DNA of 33,266 nucleotides from a candidate division WOR-3 bacterium (GTDB lineage: Bacteria; Hydrothermota; Hydrothermia; B15-G9; WFZT01). This document shows, piece by piece, positions 20,908-32,827 of this stretch. The position numbers were made by a program, and so were the translations under genes. The notes under the pieces were generated by a model. That model was not told the DNA's origin. It saw only the letters and a list, made by a program, of their open reading frames with translations, and did not search any database. Within the stretch, counting starts at the first letter, position 1; each line of letters starts with the position of its first letter. Location of the stretch: NCBI GenBank assembly GCA_026986655.1, contig JALSOD010000209.1, forward strand, positions 1 to 33,266, in the 5' to 3' direction.

Positions 20908-21282
20908 TTATGAACGAGGTCTTTTTGTTCCGTATAGAGACCTTGAATTTCTTCTTCCTTCGACACCAGCTGCGTCGTACTTACCTCTAACGATATGGTA
21001 CTTAACACCTGGCAAGTCTTTTACACGTCCACCTCTCACAAGCACGACAGAGTGCTCCTGAAGATTATGACCTTCACCCGGGATATAAGCCACGACTTCC
21101 TTTCCATTTGTCAATCTCACCTTAGCCACCTTCCTCAAAGCGGAATTAGGCTTTTTCGGGGTGGTTGTATAAACTCTGATACACACCCCGCGTTTCTGAG
21201 GATTACCCTCAAGAGCCGGAGACTTCGACTTCTTCGTTTTCGGCTTCCGCGGATGTCTTATCAATTGATTAATTGTTGGCAT
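20908..21282 (-). CDS. rpsL: 30S ribosomal protein S12
   Basis: [63 protein letters not shown]..., 124 aa. Confidence 0.98.
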   Translation of the reverse strand: MPTINQLIRHPRKPKTKKSKSPALEGNPQKRGVCIRVYTTTPKKPNSALRKVAKVRLTNGKEVVAYIPGEGHNLQEHSVVLVRGGRVKDLPGVKYHIVRGKYDAAGVEGRRNSRSLYGTKRPRS

Positions 21283-21308
21283 ACAATTCCTCCTTTGTCA
21301 TCGAGTAA

Positions 21309-21324
21309 GGTTAATTAATTAACC
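21309..21324. repeat. Perfect 16-nt palindrome GGTTAATTAATTAACC in the rpsL leader/promoter region
   Basis: Read directly; the sequence is self-complementary over all 16 nt. It lies between the TTGACA hexamer and the rpsL Shine-Dalgarno sequence. Confidence 0.9.
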
Positions 21325-21344
21325 GATTTAACAGTATCTGTCAA
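21316..21344 (-). promoter_or_regulatory. Promoter candidate for rpsL-rpsG-fusA-tuf and downstream clusters
   Basis: The minus strand has a consensus -35 TTGACA (21344..21339). At 17-nt spacing the hexamer is only TAATTA, a poor -10 inside the AT palindrome. The -35 is clear and the -10 is ambiguous. Confidence 0.4.
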
Positions 21345-21353
21345 GTAAAATTT

Positions 21354-21393
21354 AAAAAGGGAGGGGCATTTTGCTCCGCAAAATGCCCCTCCC
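21354..21393 (-). terminator. Rho-independent terminator after rpoC
   Basis: The minus strand reads GGGAGGGGCATTTTGC-GGA-GCAAAATGCCCCTCCC, a perfect 16-bp stem, followed immediately by TTTTT. It begins 12 nt after the rpoC stop. Confidence 0.85.
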
Positions 21394-21405
21394 TAATCCT
21401 TTTCT

Positions 21406-24400
21406 CTATCCTGCTGCCTGAAACTCCTCTCCTTCTTCTTTCTCTTCAGGCACTTCTTCCTCACCAACAACTATATCTCTGTACTCTCTTAAACCAGTTC
21501 CTGCAGGTATAAGATTTCCGATGATTACATTCTCTTTCAATCCTCTTAACTCGTCCACTTTCCCGGCAACTGCTGCGTTTGCAAGAACCTTTGTGGTCTC
21601 CTGGAATGATGCAGCGGAGATAAAGCTTTCAGTTGCCAGTGACGCTCTTGTAATTCCAAGCAGAATCGGCTCGTACTGCGCAGGTTTTCCACCTCTCTTC
21701 CTCACTTCCTCGTTCTCCTCGATAACCTTTATAAAGTCCACAATGTCGCCCTGTATGAATTTCGTGTCACCCGGATTCTCGATCTTTACTTTTCTCATCA
21801 TCTGACGAACAATAATCTCAATGTGTTTGTCATCAATTTTAACACCCGAAAGTCTGTAAACTTCCTGAATCTGGTCAAGCAGGAACTCCTGAACATAATC
21901 TTTACCCTTAATTCTCAAGATGTCATGAGGATCGATTGGCCCGGTTGTAAGTGGCTCGCCTGCCTGAATTCTTTCACCATTTCCAACGAGCAGATATTTA
22001 CCGAAAGGAACTAGATATTCCCTTGGTTCACCGGCATCCGGCACAATGCGAATTCTGAAGTAACCCTTCTCTGGAGGATTGATTTCCACAGTTCCATCGA
22101 TCTCCGCAACGATTGCCTTATCTTTGGGTGAACGTGCCTCAAAGAGCTCCTCAACTCTTGGAAGACCACCTGTAATGTCCTTAGTCTTACCAGCTTCACG
22201 AGGCACCCTTGCCACGATCTCACCGGGATAAACCTCTTCCCCTTCTTTCACAGCAAGACGAGCTTCGTGAACGAGAGGAATTTCCTCAACAACTTCATCG
22301 GTCTGGGGATTAACAATCAAAACTGTGGGGAAATACCTCTTATGTTTATCAATTTCGATTACTCTCTCGATCTTTCCTTCTTCGTAAGTCTCACGGAGCG
22401 TAATTCCCTCTACAAGGTCTCTGAACTTGACCTTCCCAGACCTTGTTGCAAGGATCGGCAATGAATATGGCTCCCACTCGACAAGTGGCTGGCCTTTTTT
22501 AACCTTCTCTCCATCCTCAACCAGGATGTTTGCCCCGTAAGGTACACCGAATTCTCTTACAACATCGTCGTGTTTGACGATAATCTTACCCTTCTTAGAA
22601 AGGGAAACCACGGCGCCGTTTGACCTCTTGACTGTCTGAAGATTTACAAATTCAACCACGCCATCAAATGGTGCTACGTGTCTAACTTCTTCGGCAATAC
22701 GCTCGGCAGCTCCACCCGTGTGGAAGGTTCGAAGTGTTAACTGTGTTCCCGGCTCACCGATGGACTGAGCAGCCATCACACCAACTGCCTCTCCGATTTC
22801 CACCATGCGACCTGTCGCGAGGTTTCTACCGTAACACTTTGCACAAACACCATGCTTGGCCTCACATCTCAAAACAGTTCTAACTTCGATGGACTCAATT
22901 CCAGCTTCTTCAATCTTCTTTGCTGCTTCTTCAGTTATCTCTTCGTTGTAATCAACAATAACCTCGCCGGTGATCGGGTGTACAACTCTATCTACAGAGA
23001 CACGTCCAACGATTCTTTCAGAAAGAGGTTCGATAACGGTCTCTCCATCTTTCAGAGCAGAGATCCTTCTACCCATGATGGTGCCACAGTCTTCTTCCGT
23101 AATCACAACTTCCTGGGCAACGTCAACCAATCTTCTCGTCAGGTGTCCTGCATCCGCTGTCTTCAACGCTGTATCAGACAGTCCCTTACGTGCACCGTGT
23201 GTAGAAATGAAGTATTCCAGCACCCGGAGTCCTTCTTTAAAGTTTGAAATAATTGGTGTTTCAATAAATTCACCGACACTTTCACGGCCCTTTCTGGGTC
23301 TTGCCATCAACCCTCTCATTCCAGCAAGCTGTCTCACCTGGTCAATGTTACCTCTCGCACCAGAAGTCACCATCATGTAGATAGGGTTAAATCCATCTTT
23401 ATCTTTTTCAATCTTCTCAAACATAGCCTCTTTGACTTCTTCGGTGGCACGTGTCCAGATGTCCAGAATCTTCTGATACCTTTCAATTCTTGAAATCAAT
23501 CCTCTCTGAGCGCCAAGTTCAACCTTTTCTCTCTCTTCCATCGCCTCGCGGATAATTTCCTCCTTCTCCTCAGGCACGATCATGTCATCAATTCCAAATG
23601 TGAGACCGGATTTGGTTGCATAGGAGAATCCGAGGTTCTTCATGTCGTCCAGGAACTTTGCCGTGACTTTGTTCCCAAATCGCTTATGAATTGTCCACAC
23701 GAGATTCTGGATTTCTTTCTTACCGAGGTTCGAGTTGATGTATTCCATCCCCTCTGGAATGATATCATTAAAGATAATCCGACCCATCGTGGTCTTTACG
23801 TATTTACCGTTGATTGGGACTTCAATCTCTCCGTGGAGATCAATAAGTCCGTTGTTGTATGCAATTCTTGCCTCATCAACAGAGGAGAATTTGGTCCCTT
23901 CACCTTTTGCTCCCTTTTTCATCCTCGTAATGTAGTAAATTCCAATAACCATATCCTGGGAAGCGGACGCGAGAGGCTTCCCGTGCGCAGGCGAGAGAAT
24001 GTTGTTTACAGAAAGCAGTAGCGTGGAGCTTTCAAGCTGAGCCTCCAGTGAAATGGGAACAAAGACGGCCATCTGGTCACCGTCGAAGTCCGCATTGTAT
24101 GCGTTACAAACAAGTGGATGGAGTTTTATCGCCTTACCCTCCACGAGAACGGGTTCAAAAGCCTGAATAGATACTCTGTGAAGTGTAGGTGCACGGTTGA
24201 GGAGCACAGGATGGTCTTTTACAACCTCTTCAAGGAGTTCCCATACTCCTTCGTGTCTCTGCTGGAGCAGTCTTCTCGCGGACCTAATAGACTGAGCAAG
24301 TCCTGACTCCTCAAGCTTATGCTCAACAAAAGGCTTGAACAGCTCGATTGCCATCTCTTTTGGCAATCCCACCTGATGGAGCTTCAGCTCAGGTCCAACA

Positions 24401-25446
24401 ACAATTACCGATCTTCCAGAGTAATCAACACGTTTTCCAAGCAAGTTTCTTCTCAGGAGCCCCTTCTTACCCCTCAAGATATCGGAAAGTGACTTTAGCT
24501 TCCTTCCACCACGACCAACAACAGGCCTGCGTCTTCTGGAGTTGTCAAGGAGTGCGTCAACAGCCTCCTGAAGCATTCTTTTCTCGTTTCTCAGAATAAT
24601 TTCAGGGGCATTGAGCTCGATCATATTTTTAAGACGGTTATTCCTCGTAATCACACGCCTATAAAGGTCGTTCAGGTCACTTGTCGCATATCTACCACCA
24701 TCAAGTGGCACAAGAGGCCTTAGATCTGGAGGGATAACAGGAAGGACTTCCAGGATCATCCATTCAGGACGTGATCCCGAATTCAGGAAAGATTCAACAA
24801 TCCTCAGTTTTTTAAGGATTTTGCTCATTCTGAGTGGAGAGCGTTCAAGCTTCATCTGGGTTCTCAGAGTAATTGCCATTTCCTCGAGATCAAGCTCTGA
24901 AAGCAGTTTTTTTAGTGGCTCGGCTCCCATAGAGGCTTCAAACTCACCTTCACCGTACTCATCCAGTGCCTGTCTAAATTCAGCCTCAGTTAATACCTGG
25001 CCTTTGACGAGTGGTGTATCACCTGGATCTGTAACAATGTATGAGTCATAGTAAAGAATGTCTTCGAGCTGTCTGATAGTAAGATCAAGCAGGAGACCAA
25101 TCATGGATGGGGGTACCTTGTAGTACCAGATGTGTGCGACTGGTACTGCAAGCTCAATATGCCCCATCCTCTCTCTTCTAACAGCAGATGTTGTGACTTC
25201 TACACCACAACGATCACAAATTATGCCTTTGTATCTTTTGCCCTTGTACTTTCCACAAGCACACTCGTAATCCTTTACAGGACCAAAAATTCTTTCGCAG
25301 AACAATCCGTCTCTTTCAGGTTTCTGAGTCCTATAGTTAATTGTCTCAGCACGTTTGACTTCTCCATAGGACCAGCTTCTGATAGCCTCTGGAGAAGCCA
25401 GTTTTAATCTAATAGCGACTAAATCTTTGGGGTTTATATCAGCCAC
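21406..25446 (-). CDS. rpoC: DNA-directed RNA polymerase beta-prime subunit
   Basis: 1346 aa with the zinc motif [23 protein letters not shown], active site NADFDGDQM, bridge helix and trigger loop (TFHTGG...[16 protein letters not shown]). Confidence 0.98.
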   Translation of the reverse strand: MADINPKDLVAIRLKLASPEAIRSWSYGEVKRAETINYRTQKPERDGLFCERIFGPVKDYECACGKYKGKRYKGIICDRCGVEVTTSAVRRERMGHIELAVPVAHIWYYKVPPSMIGLLLDLTIRQLEDILYYDSYIVTDPGDTPLVKGQVLTEAEFRQALDEYGEGEFEASMGAEPLKKLLSELDLEEMAITLRTQMKLERSPLRMSKILKKLRIVESFLNSGSRPEWMILEVLPVIPPDLRPLVPLDGGRYATSDLNDLYRRVITRNNRLKNMIELNAPEIILRNEKRMLQEAVDALLDNSRRRRPVVGRGGRKLKSLSDILRGKKGLLRRNLLGKRVDYSGRSVIVVGPELKLHQVGLPKEMAIELFKPFVEHKLEESGLAQSIRSARRLLQQRHEGVWELLEEVVKDHPVLLNRAPTLHRVSIQAFEPVLVEGKAIKLHPLVCNAYNADFDGDQMAVFVPISLEAQLESSTLLLSVNNILSPAHGKPLASASQDMVIGIYYITRMKKGAKGEGTKFSSVDEARIAYNNGLIDLHGEIEVPINGKYVKTTMGRIIFNDIIPEGMEYINSNLGKKEIQNLVWTIHKRFGNKVTAKFLDDMKNLGFSYATKSGLTFGIDDMIVPEEKEEIIREAMEEREKVELGAQRGLISRIERYQKILDIWTRATEEVKEAMFEKIEKDKDGFNPIYMMVTSGARGNIDQVRQLAGMRGLMARPRKGRESVGEFIETPIISNFKEGLRVLEYFISTHGARKGLSDTALKTADAGHLTRRLVDVAQEVVITEEDCGTIMGRRISALKDGETVIEPLSERIVGRVSVDRVVHPITGEVIVDYNEEITEEAAKKIEEAGIESIEVRTVLRCEAKHGVCAKCYGRNLATGRMVEIGEAVGVMAAQSIGEPGTQLTLRTFHTGGAAERIAEEVRHVAPFDGVVEFVNLQTVKRSNGAVVSLSKKGKIIVKHDDVVREFGVPYGANILVEDGEKVKKGQPLVEWEPYSLPILATRSGKVKFRDLVEGITLRETYEEGKIERVIEIDKHKRYFPTVLIVNPQTDEVVEEIPLVHEARLAVKEGEEVYPGEIVARVPREAGKTKDITGGLPRVEELFEARSPKDKAIVAEIDGTVEINPPEKGYFRIRIVPDAGEPREYLVPFGKYLLVGNGERIQAGEPLTTGPIDPHDILRIKGKDYVQEFLLDQIQEVYRLSGVKIDDKHIEIIVRQMMRKVKIENPGDTKFIQGDIVDFIKVIEENEEVRKRGGKPAQYEPILLGITRASLATESFISAASFQETTKVLANAAVAGKVDELRGLKENVIIGNLIPAGTGLREYRDIVVGEEEVPEEKEEGEEFQAAG

Positions 25447-25466
25447 TTTTATTACCCCCTTTTGTT

Positions 25467-28400
25467 TTATTCTTCAACGATGATCTCGACATCAAGTGCA
25501 AGACCTCTAAGTTCTTTGAGCAATACATCGAATGATGCTGGTAATCCGGGCTCTGGTGATTCTTCGCCCTTAATGATCGCCTGATAAAGCTGATTTCTTC
25601 CCTTGATATCGTCGGATTTCACAGTAAGCATTTCCTGGAGTGTGTAGGCGGCTCCGTAGGCCTCAAGCGCCCAAACTTCCATTTCACCAAACCTCTGACC
25701 ACCGAAATGCGATTTTCCACCAACTGGCTGCTGGGTGATCAGTGAATATGGACCTGTTGCGCGGGCATGCACCTTATCTTCAACCATGTGAATAAGCTTC
25801 ATCATGTAGATGTACCCGACAGTTACAGGGAAATCAAAATACTCACCGGTTCTACCATCACGGACTTTTACTTTTCCGTCACCGGGAAGTCCAGCTGATT
25901 CGAGCTCTTTTCTAATATCTTCTATAGTCATAGACTGGAAAACAGGGGCTGCATAATAAACTCCCTTTTTCTTTCCCGCCCAGCCAAGAATAGTCTCAAG
26001 AATCTGTCCAACATTCATACGAGATGGAACACCAAGCGGGTTAAGTACAATATCAACGGGAGTACCGTCATCGAGGAATGGCATGTCTTCCATGGAAGCA
26101 ATTTTTGAAACAACTCCCTTATTTCCGTGTCTTCCTGAAAGCTTATCGCCAACTTGAATCTTACGTTTCTGGGCAACATAAACCCTAATCAACTGAAGAA
26201 CACCTGGAGGCAGCTCGTCTCCTCTCTCGATCTGCTCGAGCTCGTTTTCAAGCTGATCCATGAGGTTCTGAAGCGATGTTTTTATCTGGTAGAGAACGTC
26301 GGTGAACTGGTCTTCTTTTTCAGCGTCCTCAATAAAATGCTCAGGGAAATCAAGATCAAGAAGATCAACCTCTTCAAAGAACTTCTCATCAAAAACCTCA
26401 CCTTCCTGTATAACGAGTTTCCCACCCTTTGAATAGATATCTTTTGCAGCTTTTTCGCCAAGGAGTATATCTTTTGCTATTTCAACAAATCTTTCTTTCA
26501 GAACCCTTTCTCTCTCAAGGGCACGTTTTTCAGCTTCCTGTTTCTTCTCTCTTGCAATTTTAATTGAAAGTGGGTCATCCTTCTTTCTTGAAAGCACCAC
26601 CACATCCACAACAACTCCTGTAACACCAGGCGGTACTCTCTTGGATGTATCCCTGACATCCTTTGCCTTCTCAGAGAATATGGCGTAAATCAACTTTTCC
26701 TCTGGAGACAGTTCTCTCTCACCCTTTGGTGAAATCTTTCCGACAAGGATATCGTCAGGCTTTACTTCTGCTCCGATTCGAACAATTCCGTTCTCGTCAA
26801 GATTTTTAAGCATCTCTTCAGGTACGTTTGGTAAATCACGTGTGACTTCTTCAGGCCCAAGCTTTGTCTCTCTCACTTCAACCTCAAATTCCAGAATGTG
26901 AATGGAGGTAAAAACATCATCTCTTGCCACTCTTTCAGAAATTATTATTGCGTCTTCGAAGTTGTAGCCAAACCATGGAACAAAAGCAACAAGCAGGTTC
27001 TTTCCAAGTGCAAGCTCACCATTTTTCGTTGATGATGCATCAGCAATCACCTGGCCTTTTTTAACCCTGTCACCAACCTTAACAAGCGGCCTCTGGTTCA
27101 GAATCGTATTCTGGTTCGATCTCTGGAATTTGGCGAGTTTGTAAACATCTATGTTTTCTTCAAACAAACTCTTCCTTCTTCCTCTCCTTCTCGGACGTAT
27201 AACGATTTCATTAGCATCAACTTTAATAACTGTACCATCGCGATTAGCTTTTATAACTGCACCAGAATCGTAAGCAATCTTTCTCTCCATTCCTGTACCC
27301 ACAATAGGTGGTTCTGTTTCAAGAAGAGGAACTGCCTGACGCTGCATATTACATCCCATCAAAGCACGGTTTGCATCGTCGTGCTCGAGGAATGGAATCA
27401 ACGATGCAGAAGCAGAAACAAGCTGTCTCGGCGAGACATCTATAAAGTCAACCTCGTCACGATTAACCACTGGATATGCCCCTGCATGCCTAACCCACAC
27501 TTTCTCGGGAATAATCTGTCCAGTTTCCGGATCAACCGGTGTATCCGCAGGAGCAATTTTGTAGTTTCTCTCCTCGTACGGAGCAAGTTCGATTATCTCG
27601 TCAGTGAGATAACCATTCTTAACTTTAATTAATGGGGTTTCAATAAACCCCATCTCGTTAATCTTTGCGTAAGTTGTTAATGAGGTGATAAGTCCAATAT
27701 TCTGACCCTCAGGGGTTTCAATTGGACACAATCTTCCATAATGAGACGGGTGAACGTCACGAACCTCAAATCCTGCAGTCTCACGGGTCAACCCACCCTT
27801 ACCAAGAGCCGAAAGCCTCCTTTTGTGAGTCAACTCAGAGAGAGGGTTCGTCTGGTCAAGGAATTGTGACAATCTATCAGTAGTAAAGAATGAGAGAATA
27901 CTGGAACTAACAAGTCTCGGATTTACAAGCTTCTTCGGAGTCATATCCTCCTCTTTGCCCAACAACATCCTCTCTTTAATAACCCTTGCGAGCCTGAGCA
28001 TAGAGATCCTGAATTGCTCATAGAGCAATTCTCCTACCCTTCTCACTCTTCTATTGGCAAGATCGTCAACATCATCACTGTGCTCTTCTCCCAGATACAG
28101 CTTGATTAATCTCCTCATTATTGCTATGATATCGTCCATTGTCAGTACATCTTTATCAGGATCAACGTTGAGCTCAAGTCTCGTATTCAGCTTAAATCTT
28201 CCAACTTTGCCAAGGAAAAATCTCTGCGGAGAGAAAAAGAAATCGTGGATGTATTGTCTCGCCTCCTCTTCGTCTTTTGGCGGTGTGTATCTTAAAGTCC
28301 TGTAAATATTACCCAGTGCATTGAGCTCATCCTTTATTCTATCCTGCCTCAGTGTTGCAAGAAACACGTCAGCACCAGTTTCATTAACATTTAAAACGTA

Positions 28401-29210
28401 AACCTCATCAAGGAGTCTCGAGATTATTTTATTCTTCACATCCTCATCAACTACTGTTCCCGCCTCGAAAAGAACTTCGTCAGTTTCCTTATCAATTATA
28501 TCCTTTGCTAAAACATAGGCCTCGGGGTCAAGGTCAACAACCCTTTTCTTTTCTATCAGGTCCCCGAAAAGGACCTCGATCATCTTTTCAACAGTATTAT
28601 ATCCGAACGCCCGTAAAAATCTTGTAATTGGTATCCTTCTTCTCTTTGAAATCGTGATACCAAAAACTTTGGTACCATCAATGGTGAATTCAATCCATGG
28701 GCCACGATAGGGAACCAGTAAAGCTCTATGTGCAGCTGTTCCCTTGTATTCTGCCTCAAAATACACCCCTGGTGACCTGTGCAACTGATTGACAATTACC
28801 CTTTCAACACCATTAACTATAAAAGTCCCCCTATCAGTCATATACGGAAGATCACAGAGATAGACCTCCTGTTGAGTGGCCTCTTTTAACTGACCCGACT
28901 CTTCATCCTTTGTCAGCAGTCTTAAAGTCACCCAGACTGGAACTGCGTAAGTTAATTTTTTTGCCTTTGAATCATCAGGAGAGTATTTGGGATCACCGAC
29001 CCTATAACTAACAAATTCAATGACGTAGCGTCCATGGATATCTTCAATCGGGAAAGTTTCAAGAAATACACCTTGAAGCCCCTCTTTTGACCTCTTGTTG
29101 GGTGGAATATCTTTCTGGAGAAATTTTTTAAAAGACTCCACCTGAACAACAAGAAGGTCGGGCATGGGGAACCTTTCTTCTTTATAACCGATCCTTTTTG
29201 TTGATTCCAT
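25467..29210 (-). CDS. rpoB: DNA-directed RNA polymerase beta subunit
   Basis: 1247 aa with the rif-cluster region [23 protein letters not shown], then [12 protein letters not shown] and [48 protein letters not shown]. Confidence 0.98.
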   Translation of the reverse strand: MESTKRIGYKEERFPMPDLLVVQVESFKKFLQKDIPPNKRSKEGLQGVFLETFPIEDIHGRYVIEFVSYRVGDPKYSPDDSKAKKLTYAVPVWVTLRLLTKDEESGQLKEATQQEVYLCDLPYMTDRGTFIVNGVERVIVNQLHRSPGVYFEAEYKGTAAHRALLVPYRGPWIEFTIDGTKVFGITISKRRRIPITRFLRAFGYNTVEKMIEVLFGDLIEKKRVVDLDPEAYVLAKDIIDKETDEVLFEAGTVVDEDVKNKIISRLLDEVYVLNVNETGADVFLATLRQDRIKDELNALGNIYRTLRYTPPKDEEEARQYIHDFFFSPQRFFLGKVGRFKLNTRLELNVDPDKDVLTMDDIIAIMRRLIKLYLGEEHSDDVDDLANRRVRRVGELLYEQFRISMLRLARVIKERMLLGKEEDMTPKKLVNPRLVSSSILSFFTTDRLSQFLDQTNPLSELTHKRRLSALGKGGLTRETAGFEVRDVHPSHYGRLCPIETPEGQNIGLITSLTTYAKINEMGFIETPLIKVKNGYLTDEIIELAPYEERNYKIAPADTPVDPETGQIIPEKVWVRHAGAYPVVNRDEVDFIDVSPRQLVSASASLIPFLEHDDANRALMGCNMQRQAVPLLETEPPIVGTGMERKIAYDSGAVIKANRDGTVIKVDANEIVIRPRRRGRRKSLFEENIDVYKLAKFQRSNQNTILNQRPLVKVGDRVKKGQVIADASSTKNGELALGKNLLVAFVPWFGYNFEDAIIISERVARDDVFTSIHILEFEVEVRETKLGPEEVTRDLPNVPEEMLKNLDENGIVRIGAEVKPDDILVGKISPKGERELSPEEKLIYAIFSEKAKDVRDTSKRVPPGVTGVVVDVVVLSRKKDDPLSIKIAREKKQEAEKRALERERVLKERFVEIAKDILLGEKAAKDIYSKGGKLVIQEGEVFDEKFFEEVDLLDLDFPEHFIEDAEKEDQFTDVLYQIKTSLQNLMDQLENELEQIERGDELPPGVLQLIRVYVAQKRKIQVGDKLSGRHGNKGVVSKIASMEDMPFLDDGTPVDIVLNPLGVPSRMNVGQILETILGWAGKKKGVYYAAPVFQSMTIEDIRKELESAGLPGDGKVKVRDGRTGEYFDFPVTVGYIYMMKLIHMVEDKVHARATGPYSLITQQPVGGKSHFGGQRFGEMEVWALEAYGAAYTLQEMLTVKSDDIKGRNQLYQAIIKGEESPEPGLPASFDVLLKELRGLALDVEIIVEE

Positions 29211-29250
29211 AAATTTAAAACTTCACCTCCCGACAAATTTATAATAATCC

Positions 29251-29292
29251 AGTATTCCCCTACAATTCCATTTCTGGAACGAGGGGAATACT
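29251..29292 (-). promoter_or_regulatory. Compound hairpin in the rplL-rpoB spacer (attenuator or processing-site candidate)
   Basis: AGTATTCCCC (29251..29260) pairs with GGGGAATACT (29283..29292). An inner stem TTCCA/TGGAA is also present. On the minus strand the hairpin is followed by the A/T-rich run GGATTATTATAAATTT. Confidence 0.5.
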
Positions 29293-29314
29293 TTGACCGG
29301 GAATATATTTATGT

Positions 29315-29710
29315 TCACTTTATTTCTACTTTTGCTCCCAGCTTCTCCAATGCTTCTTTTATCTTTTCTGCCTCTTCCTTTGAAACGCCTTCCTTTACAG
29401 GCTTTGGAAGATTATCGATGAGGGCTTTTGCTTCTTTCAAGCCAAGCTGGGTAATTGCACGGACTTCTTTCAAGACCTGTATCTTCTGCGGGCCAGCCTC
29501 TACAAGGACAACGTCAAATTCTGTTTTCTCCTGTGCCTCTTCGGCACCGCCAGCTGCAGGCGCAGCGCCAGCAACCGGTGCAGCAGCAACCGGCATAGCT
29601 GCACTCACACCAAACTTATCCTCAAGCTCTTTGATAAGCTCACTCAACTCTACCACAGTTAGTGATTCAATGGCAGATACTATATCGGCAACGCTTAACT
29701 TTTCGGCCAT
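29315..29710 (-). CDS. rplL: 50S ribosomal protein L7/L12
   Basis: 131 aa: ...[15 protein letters not shown], an Ala/Pro hinge, then [24 protein letters not shown]...[18 protein letters not shown]. Confidence 0.97.
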   Translation of the reverse strand: MAEKLSVADIVSAIESLTVVELSELIKELEDKFGVSAAMPVAAAPVAGAAPAAGGAEEAQEKTEFDVVLVEAGPQKIQVLKEVRAITQLGLKEAKALIDNLPKPVKEGVSKEEAEKIKEALEKLGAKVEIK

Positions 29711-29712
29711 GA

Positions 29713-30237
29713 TTATTCGACCTCCTCTTTCTTCTTTTTAATTTCATTTAAAACTACTACAAATGAAGTTAACATACCCTTCAACCTCCAAACCAAACCA
29801 TAGATGGGCGCCTGCAAGGTCCCAACTACCTGTGCCCTTAATTTATCCTTGGACGGAAGCTTGGAAAGCTTTCCAAGTCCCTTCTCGTCGTAAAGCTCGC
29901 CGTCCACATATCCAACCTTCAACTGTGTCTTGTTTACTTCTTTCTTAAACTCAAAAATGGATTTCAGGGGTTCAACCACATCCTCATAAGCAACAATCAG
30001 AGCGTTTGGACCGACAAGTATTTCAGAAAATCCCTCGTAACCAAGCTCCTCAAGAGCTCTCCGTGTCATCGTATTTTTAACAACCTTCATCCTGGCATTC
30101 TTCTCGCGTAGGCGCCTTCTAAGATCCGTAATCTCAGCTACAGTTAATCCTGTGAAATCTGCAAAGTAAAACCCCTTAGCATCCTTTAATAGCTCTTTTA
30201 TCTCTTCGACCTTCTTTACCCTTTCTGGTTTAACCAT
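29713..30237 (-). CDS. rplJ: 50S ribosomal protein L10
   Basis: 174 aa: ...[41 protein letters not shown]. It lies between rplA and rplL. Confidence 0.95.
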   Translation of the reverse strand: MVKPERVKKVEEIKELLKDAKGFYFADFTGLTVAEITDLRRRLREKNARMKVVKNTMTRRALEELGYEGFSEILVGPNALIVAYEDVVEPLKSIFEFKKEVNKTQLKVGYVDGELYDEKGLGKLSKLPSKDKLRAQVVGTLQAPIYGLVWRLKGMLTSFVVVLNEIKKKKEEVE

Positions 30238-30239
30238 TT

Positions 30240-30953
30240 TTAATCCCTCTTTTTAATTTCTTCGTAGATGTTATTTACATCCACTTCCACACTGGGCCCC
30301 ATAGTGGGAGATAGGTGGACTGATCTTATGTAAGTTCCACGAAATGATTGGGGTCTTAGGTTAATCAATTCCTCCATAAAAGTCAAGAAGTTATCTTTGA
30401 GCTTCTCATCATCAAAGGAAACCTTACCAATAGGCACATGAACATTACCGGTCTTATCCACACGGAATTCTATTCTTCCCTTCTTCAATTCTCTCACAAC
30501 TCTACCAACATCCTTTGTAACCGTTCCAGACTTGGGAGAAGGCATCAAACCTCTTGGCCCCAAAATTCTTCCCAACTTCGCAACATCTCTCATGGTATCA
30601 GGAGTCGCCACCACGTAGTCAAAATCAAGCCAACCTTTCTGAATCTTCTCGATTAGATCCTGAAATCCGACGTAATCAGCTCCTGCTTCAAGAGCCTCTT
30701 TTTCCTCATCTCCCCTTGTAAACACAAGAACTTTCACCTGCTTACCGGTACCGTGTGGCAAAATAACTGAACCCCTCACCATCTGATCTGCCTTTCTCGG
30801 ATCTACACCAAGTTTAACAGCGGCTTCAACTGTCTCATCAAATTTTGCCGAAGCAAGCTCTTTAACAAGCCTGATGGCTTCATCAACCGGATAAGCTTTA
30901 TCAAGGTCAACCTTTTCAAGAAGCGCTAAATATCTCTTTGAATGCTTTGGCAT
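30240..30953 (-). CDS. rplA: 50S ribosomal protein L1
   Basis: Track ORF 30240..31004 trimmed to [16 protein letters not shown]..., the canonical L1 N-terminus. GGAGGG lies upstream, and the start comes just after the rplK stop at 30958. Confidence 0.94.
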   Translation of the reverse strand: MPKHSKRYLALLEKVDLDKAYPVDEAIRLVKELASAKFDETVEAAVKLGVDPRKADQMVRGSVILPHGTGKQVKVLVFTRGDEEKEALEAGADYVGFQDLIEKIQKGWLDFDYVVATPDTMRDVAKLGRILGPRGLMPSPKSGTVTKDVGRVVRELKKGRIEFRVDKTGNVHVPIGKVSFDDEKLKDNFLTFMEELINLRPQSFRGTYIRSVHLSPTMGPSVEVDVNNIYEEIKKRD

Positions 30954-30957
30954 CTTC

Positions 30958-31401
30958 TTATCCCTCCACAACCTCAATTCCCATACTTCTTGCTGTACCC
31001 TCAATGATTCTCATGGCAGCTTCAATGTCATTTGCGTTCAGATCAGCCATCTTCATTTCAGCAATCTCTTTCACCTGAGATTTTGTAACTTTTCCAACCT
31101 TAACTTTGTTGGGCTCACCAGAACCTTTTGCAATTCCAGCAGCTTTTTTAAGCAGCACCGATGCGGGCGGAGATTTCAATATGAAATCAAACGTTCTGTC
31201 CTTGTAAACTGTAATAACAACCGGGATTATCAGACCTGCCTTATCCTTAGTCTTGTCGTTAAACTGCTTACAAAACTCCATTATATTCAAGCCATGCTGT
31301 CCAAGAGCAGGTCCTACTGGCGGGGCCGGATTCGCCTGTCCAGCCGGTATCTGCAATTTTATTTGTGCCACTACATCCTTCTTCTTTTTAACAGGGGGCA
31401 T
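30958..31401 (-). CDS. rplK: 50S ribosomal protein L11
   Basis: [48 protein letters not shown]..., 147 aa. Confidence 0.97.
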   Translation of the reverse strand: MPPVKKKKDVVAQIKLQIPAGQANPAPPVGPALGQHGLNIMEFCKQFNDKTKDKAGLIIPVVITVYKDRTFDFILKSPPASVLLKKAAGIAKGSGEPNKVKVGKVTKSQVKEIAEMKMADLNANDIEAAMRIIEGTARSMGIEVVEG

Positions 31402-31421
31402 AAATCTCTCCTCCTTTCTAA

Positions 31422-31979
31422 TTAAACTCTCTCAACCTGTAAAAAGTCTAAAACTACAGGGGTAGTCCTTCCAAATATATTAACAAGGACTTTCAACTTT
31501 CCCCTCTCAGGGTAAATTTCTTCCACCTTACCAGTGAAATCAGCAAAAGGACCATCAATAACCCTTACCGTTTCACCCTTCAAAAATGGAATCTCTTTAG
31601 CTTTCTTTTCCTTCTCTTTCTCAACAGTCTCAAGAATTCTATCAACCTCTTCTTGTGAAAGTGTTATAAGGGTATCGTGGGCAATCAAAGCCCTCAAAGT
31701 CCTGAAAGACGTTAATTTATTGATCAACTCCGGATCAGGCTCCATTTCTATGAGGATATAACCTCTGAAAAGAGGCTTCTCTTCAATTCTCCTCTTTCCA
31801 CCCCTGAGTTTGGGAACAGTACGAGTGGGGATGAGAATTCTACCCACTTTATCCTTTAAATTTTCCTGTTTGATTATCTCTTCAACGAGTCGCTTTACCT
31901 TCTTTTCTTTACCTGAGAATGTCCAGAAGACAAACCACTTCTTTTTACTTTCCTTTTGATCATTAGGAGTTTCTTTCAT
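31422..31979 (-). CDS. nusG: Transcription termination/antitermination factor NusG
   Basis: 185 aa with NGN ([15 protein letters not shown]) and a C-terminal KOW ([24 protein letters not shown]). It sits in the canonical position between secE and rplK. Confidence 0.95.
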   Translation of the reverse strand: MKETPNDQKESKKKWFVFWTFSGKEKKVKRLVEEIIKQENLKDKVGRILIPTRTVPKLRGGKRRIEEKPLFRGYILIEMEPDPELINKLTSFRTLRALIAHDTLITLSQEEVDRILETVEKEKEKKAKEIPFLKGETVRVIDGPFADFTGKVEEIYPERGKLKVLVNIFGRTTPVVLDFLQVERV

Positions 31980-31985
31980 AAATGA

Positions 31986-32171
31986 TCACCTCATAACCAA
32001 ACTGAGAAGCCGGGTAATAATCATGTCGGCAATCCACATATAAACCACAAGGACAAAGGATACAAGGATGACCGCAAGTGTACCCCCGATCACCTGTTCC
32101 CTGGTAGGCCAGGTAACCCTTTTTACCTCATTAATTGAATCCCTGATAAAATTAATGAGCTTTTCAAACAT
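31986..32171 (-). CDS. secE: Preprotein translocase subunit SecE
   Basis: 61 aa: ...EVKRVTWPTREQVIGGTLAVILVSFVLVVYMWIAD, a single TM segment. The position between rpmG and nusG is canonical. Confidence 0.9.
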   Translation of the reverse strand: MFEKLINFIRDSINEVKRVTWPTREQVIGGTLAVILVSFVLVVYMWIADMIITRLLSLVMR

Positions 32172-32320
32172 TATTTTGTCTCCCTGTGGATTGTATGGCG
32201 CCTACAATGCGGACAATATTTTCTCAATTCAAGCTTGATATTTTTCTTATCCTTATTTTTATAAGTTGTATAATTCCTTCTCTTGCATTCTGTACACATT
32301 AAGGTAACTTTAATCCGCAT
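32171..32320 (-). CDS. rpmG: 50S ribosomal protein L33 (Cys4 zinc form)
   Basis: Below the ORF-track cutoff. Reverse-strand translation gives [49 protein letters not shown] followed by a stop. GGAGGA lies upstream, and there is a TAATG overlap with secE. Confidence 0.94.
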   Translation of the reverse strand: MRIKVTLMCTECKRRNYTTYKNKDKKNIKLELRKYCPHCRRHTIHRETK

Positions 32321-32346
32321 TTTGATCCTCCAATAATAATTTCAAG

Positions 32347-32420
32347 CAGGCCTGGAGGGATTTGAACCCCCAACCATCGGATTTGGAATCCGACGCTCTC
32401 CCAAATTGAGCTACAGGCCT
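32347..32420 (-). tRNA. tRNA-Trp (anticodon CCA)
   Basis: The reverse complement AGGCCTGTAGCTCAATTTGGGAGAGCGTCGGATTCCAAATCCGATGGTTGGGGGTTCAAATCCCTCCAGGCCTG folds as a cloverleaf with anticodon loop TTCCAAA. No CCA is encoded. This is the classical position upstream of rpmG-secE-nusG. Confidence 0.9.
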
Positions 32421-32434
32421 ATGTCTGGCTATTT

Positions 32435-32463
32435 AATATATAGTTAACCCCCCTTAATGTCAA
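32435..32463 (-). promoter_or_regulatory. Sigma-70-type promoter candidate for tRNA-Trp and the downstream operon
   Basis: The minus strand reads TTGACA (32463..32458), a 17-nt spacer, then TATATT (32440..32435). The -10 ends 14 nt upstream of the tRNA 5' end. Confidence 0.6.
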
Positions 32464-32798
32464 TCCTGTGAGGTTCTAACGACAGTACTAATTTTAATAA
32501 ACTGTGATAAATTTTTCCACCCCTTGTTCCTAGAGGGGAGTTTAAATTTTAATGTCAAAAAATTGAAGTTTTTATTTCTCAGCTTCCCACAAGCCAAATT
32601 TCAAAGGCGGCAAAATTATTCAGAACGCCGTTTAGGCTTTGTTACAGCAATGGTTTAGTTCTCTTGCTAAAGATTTTCATTGAAGGAATTTAAAAAAGGG
32701 AGATCTTATTAAAATTTTCTAAAGCCGACAATCAACGGATAGTAAAAATAAATGGGACGGCAAATCACTTTTTACCCACAGACCACGGGAATTTAAGG

Positions 32799-32827
32799 TT
32801 GATATTACATAAGAAAAAATTTATACT
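32799..32827 (+). promoter_or_regulatory. Sigma-70-type promoter candidate for the ferredoxin gene
   Basis: TTGATA (32799..32804), a 17-nt spacer, then TATACT (32822..32827). AAAGGAGG lies 7 nt upstream of the ATG at 32860. Confidence 0.6.

Noticed and set aside
32545-32560. Second TTGACATTAA copy as a second tRNA-Trp promoter
   Set aside because: No acceptable -10 hexamer lies 16 to 19 nt downstream on the minus strand (CTCTAG at the 17-nt spacing). It is kept only as a note within the spacer finding.
32500-32782. DnaA-box-like 9-mers (TTACCCACA near 32772, and a looser match near 32513) in the AT-rich spacer, suggesting an origin
   Set aside because: There is only one 8/9 match and one poor match, with no cluster of boxes and no dnaA or dnaN context. 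Chance occurrence in AT-rich DNA is likely.
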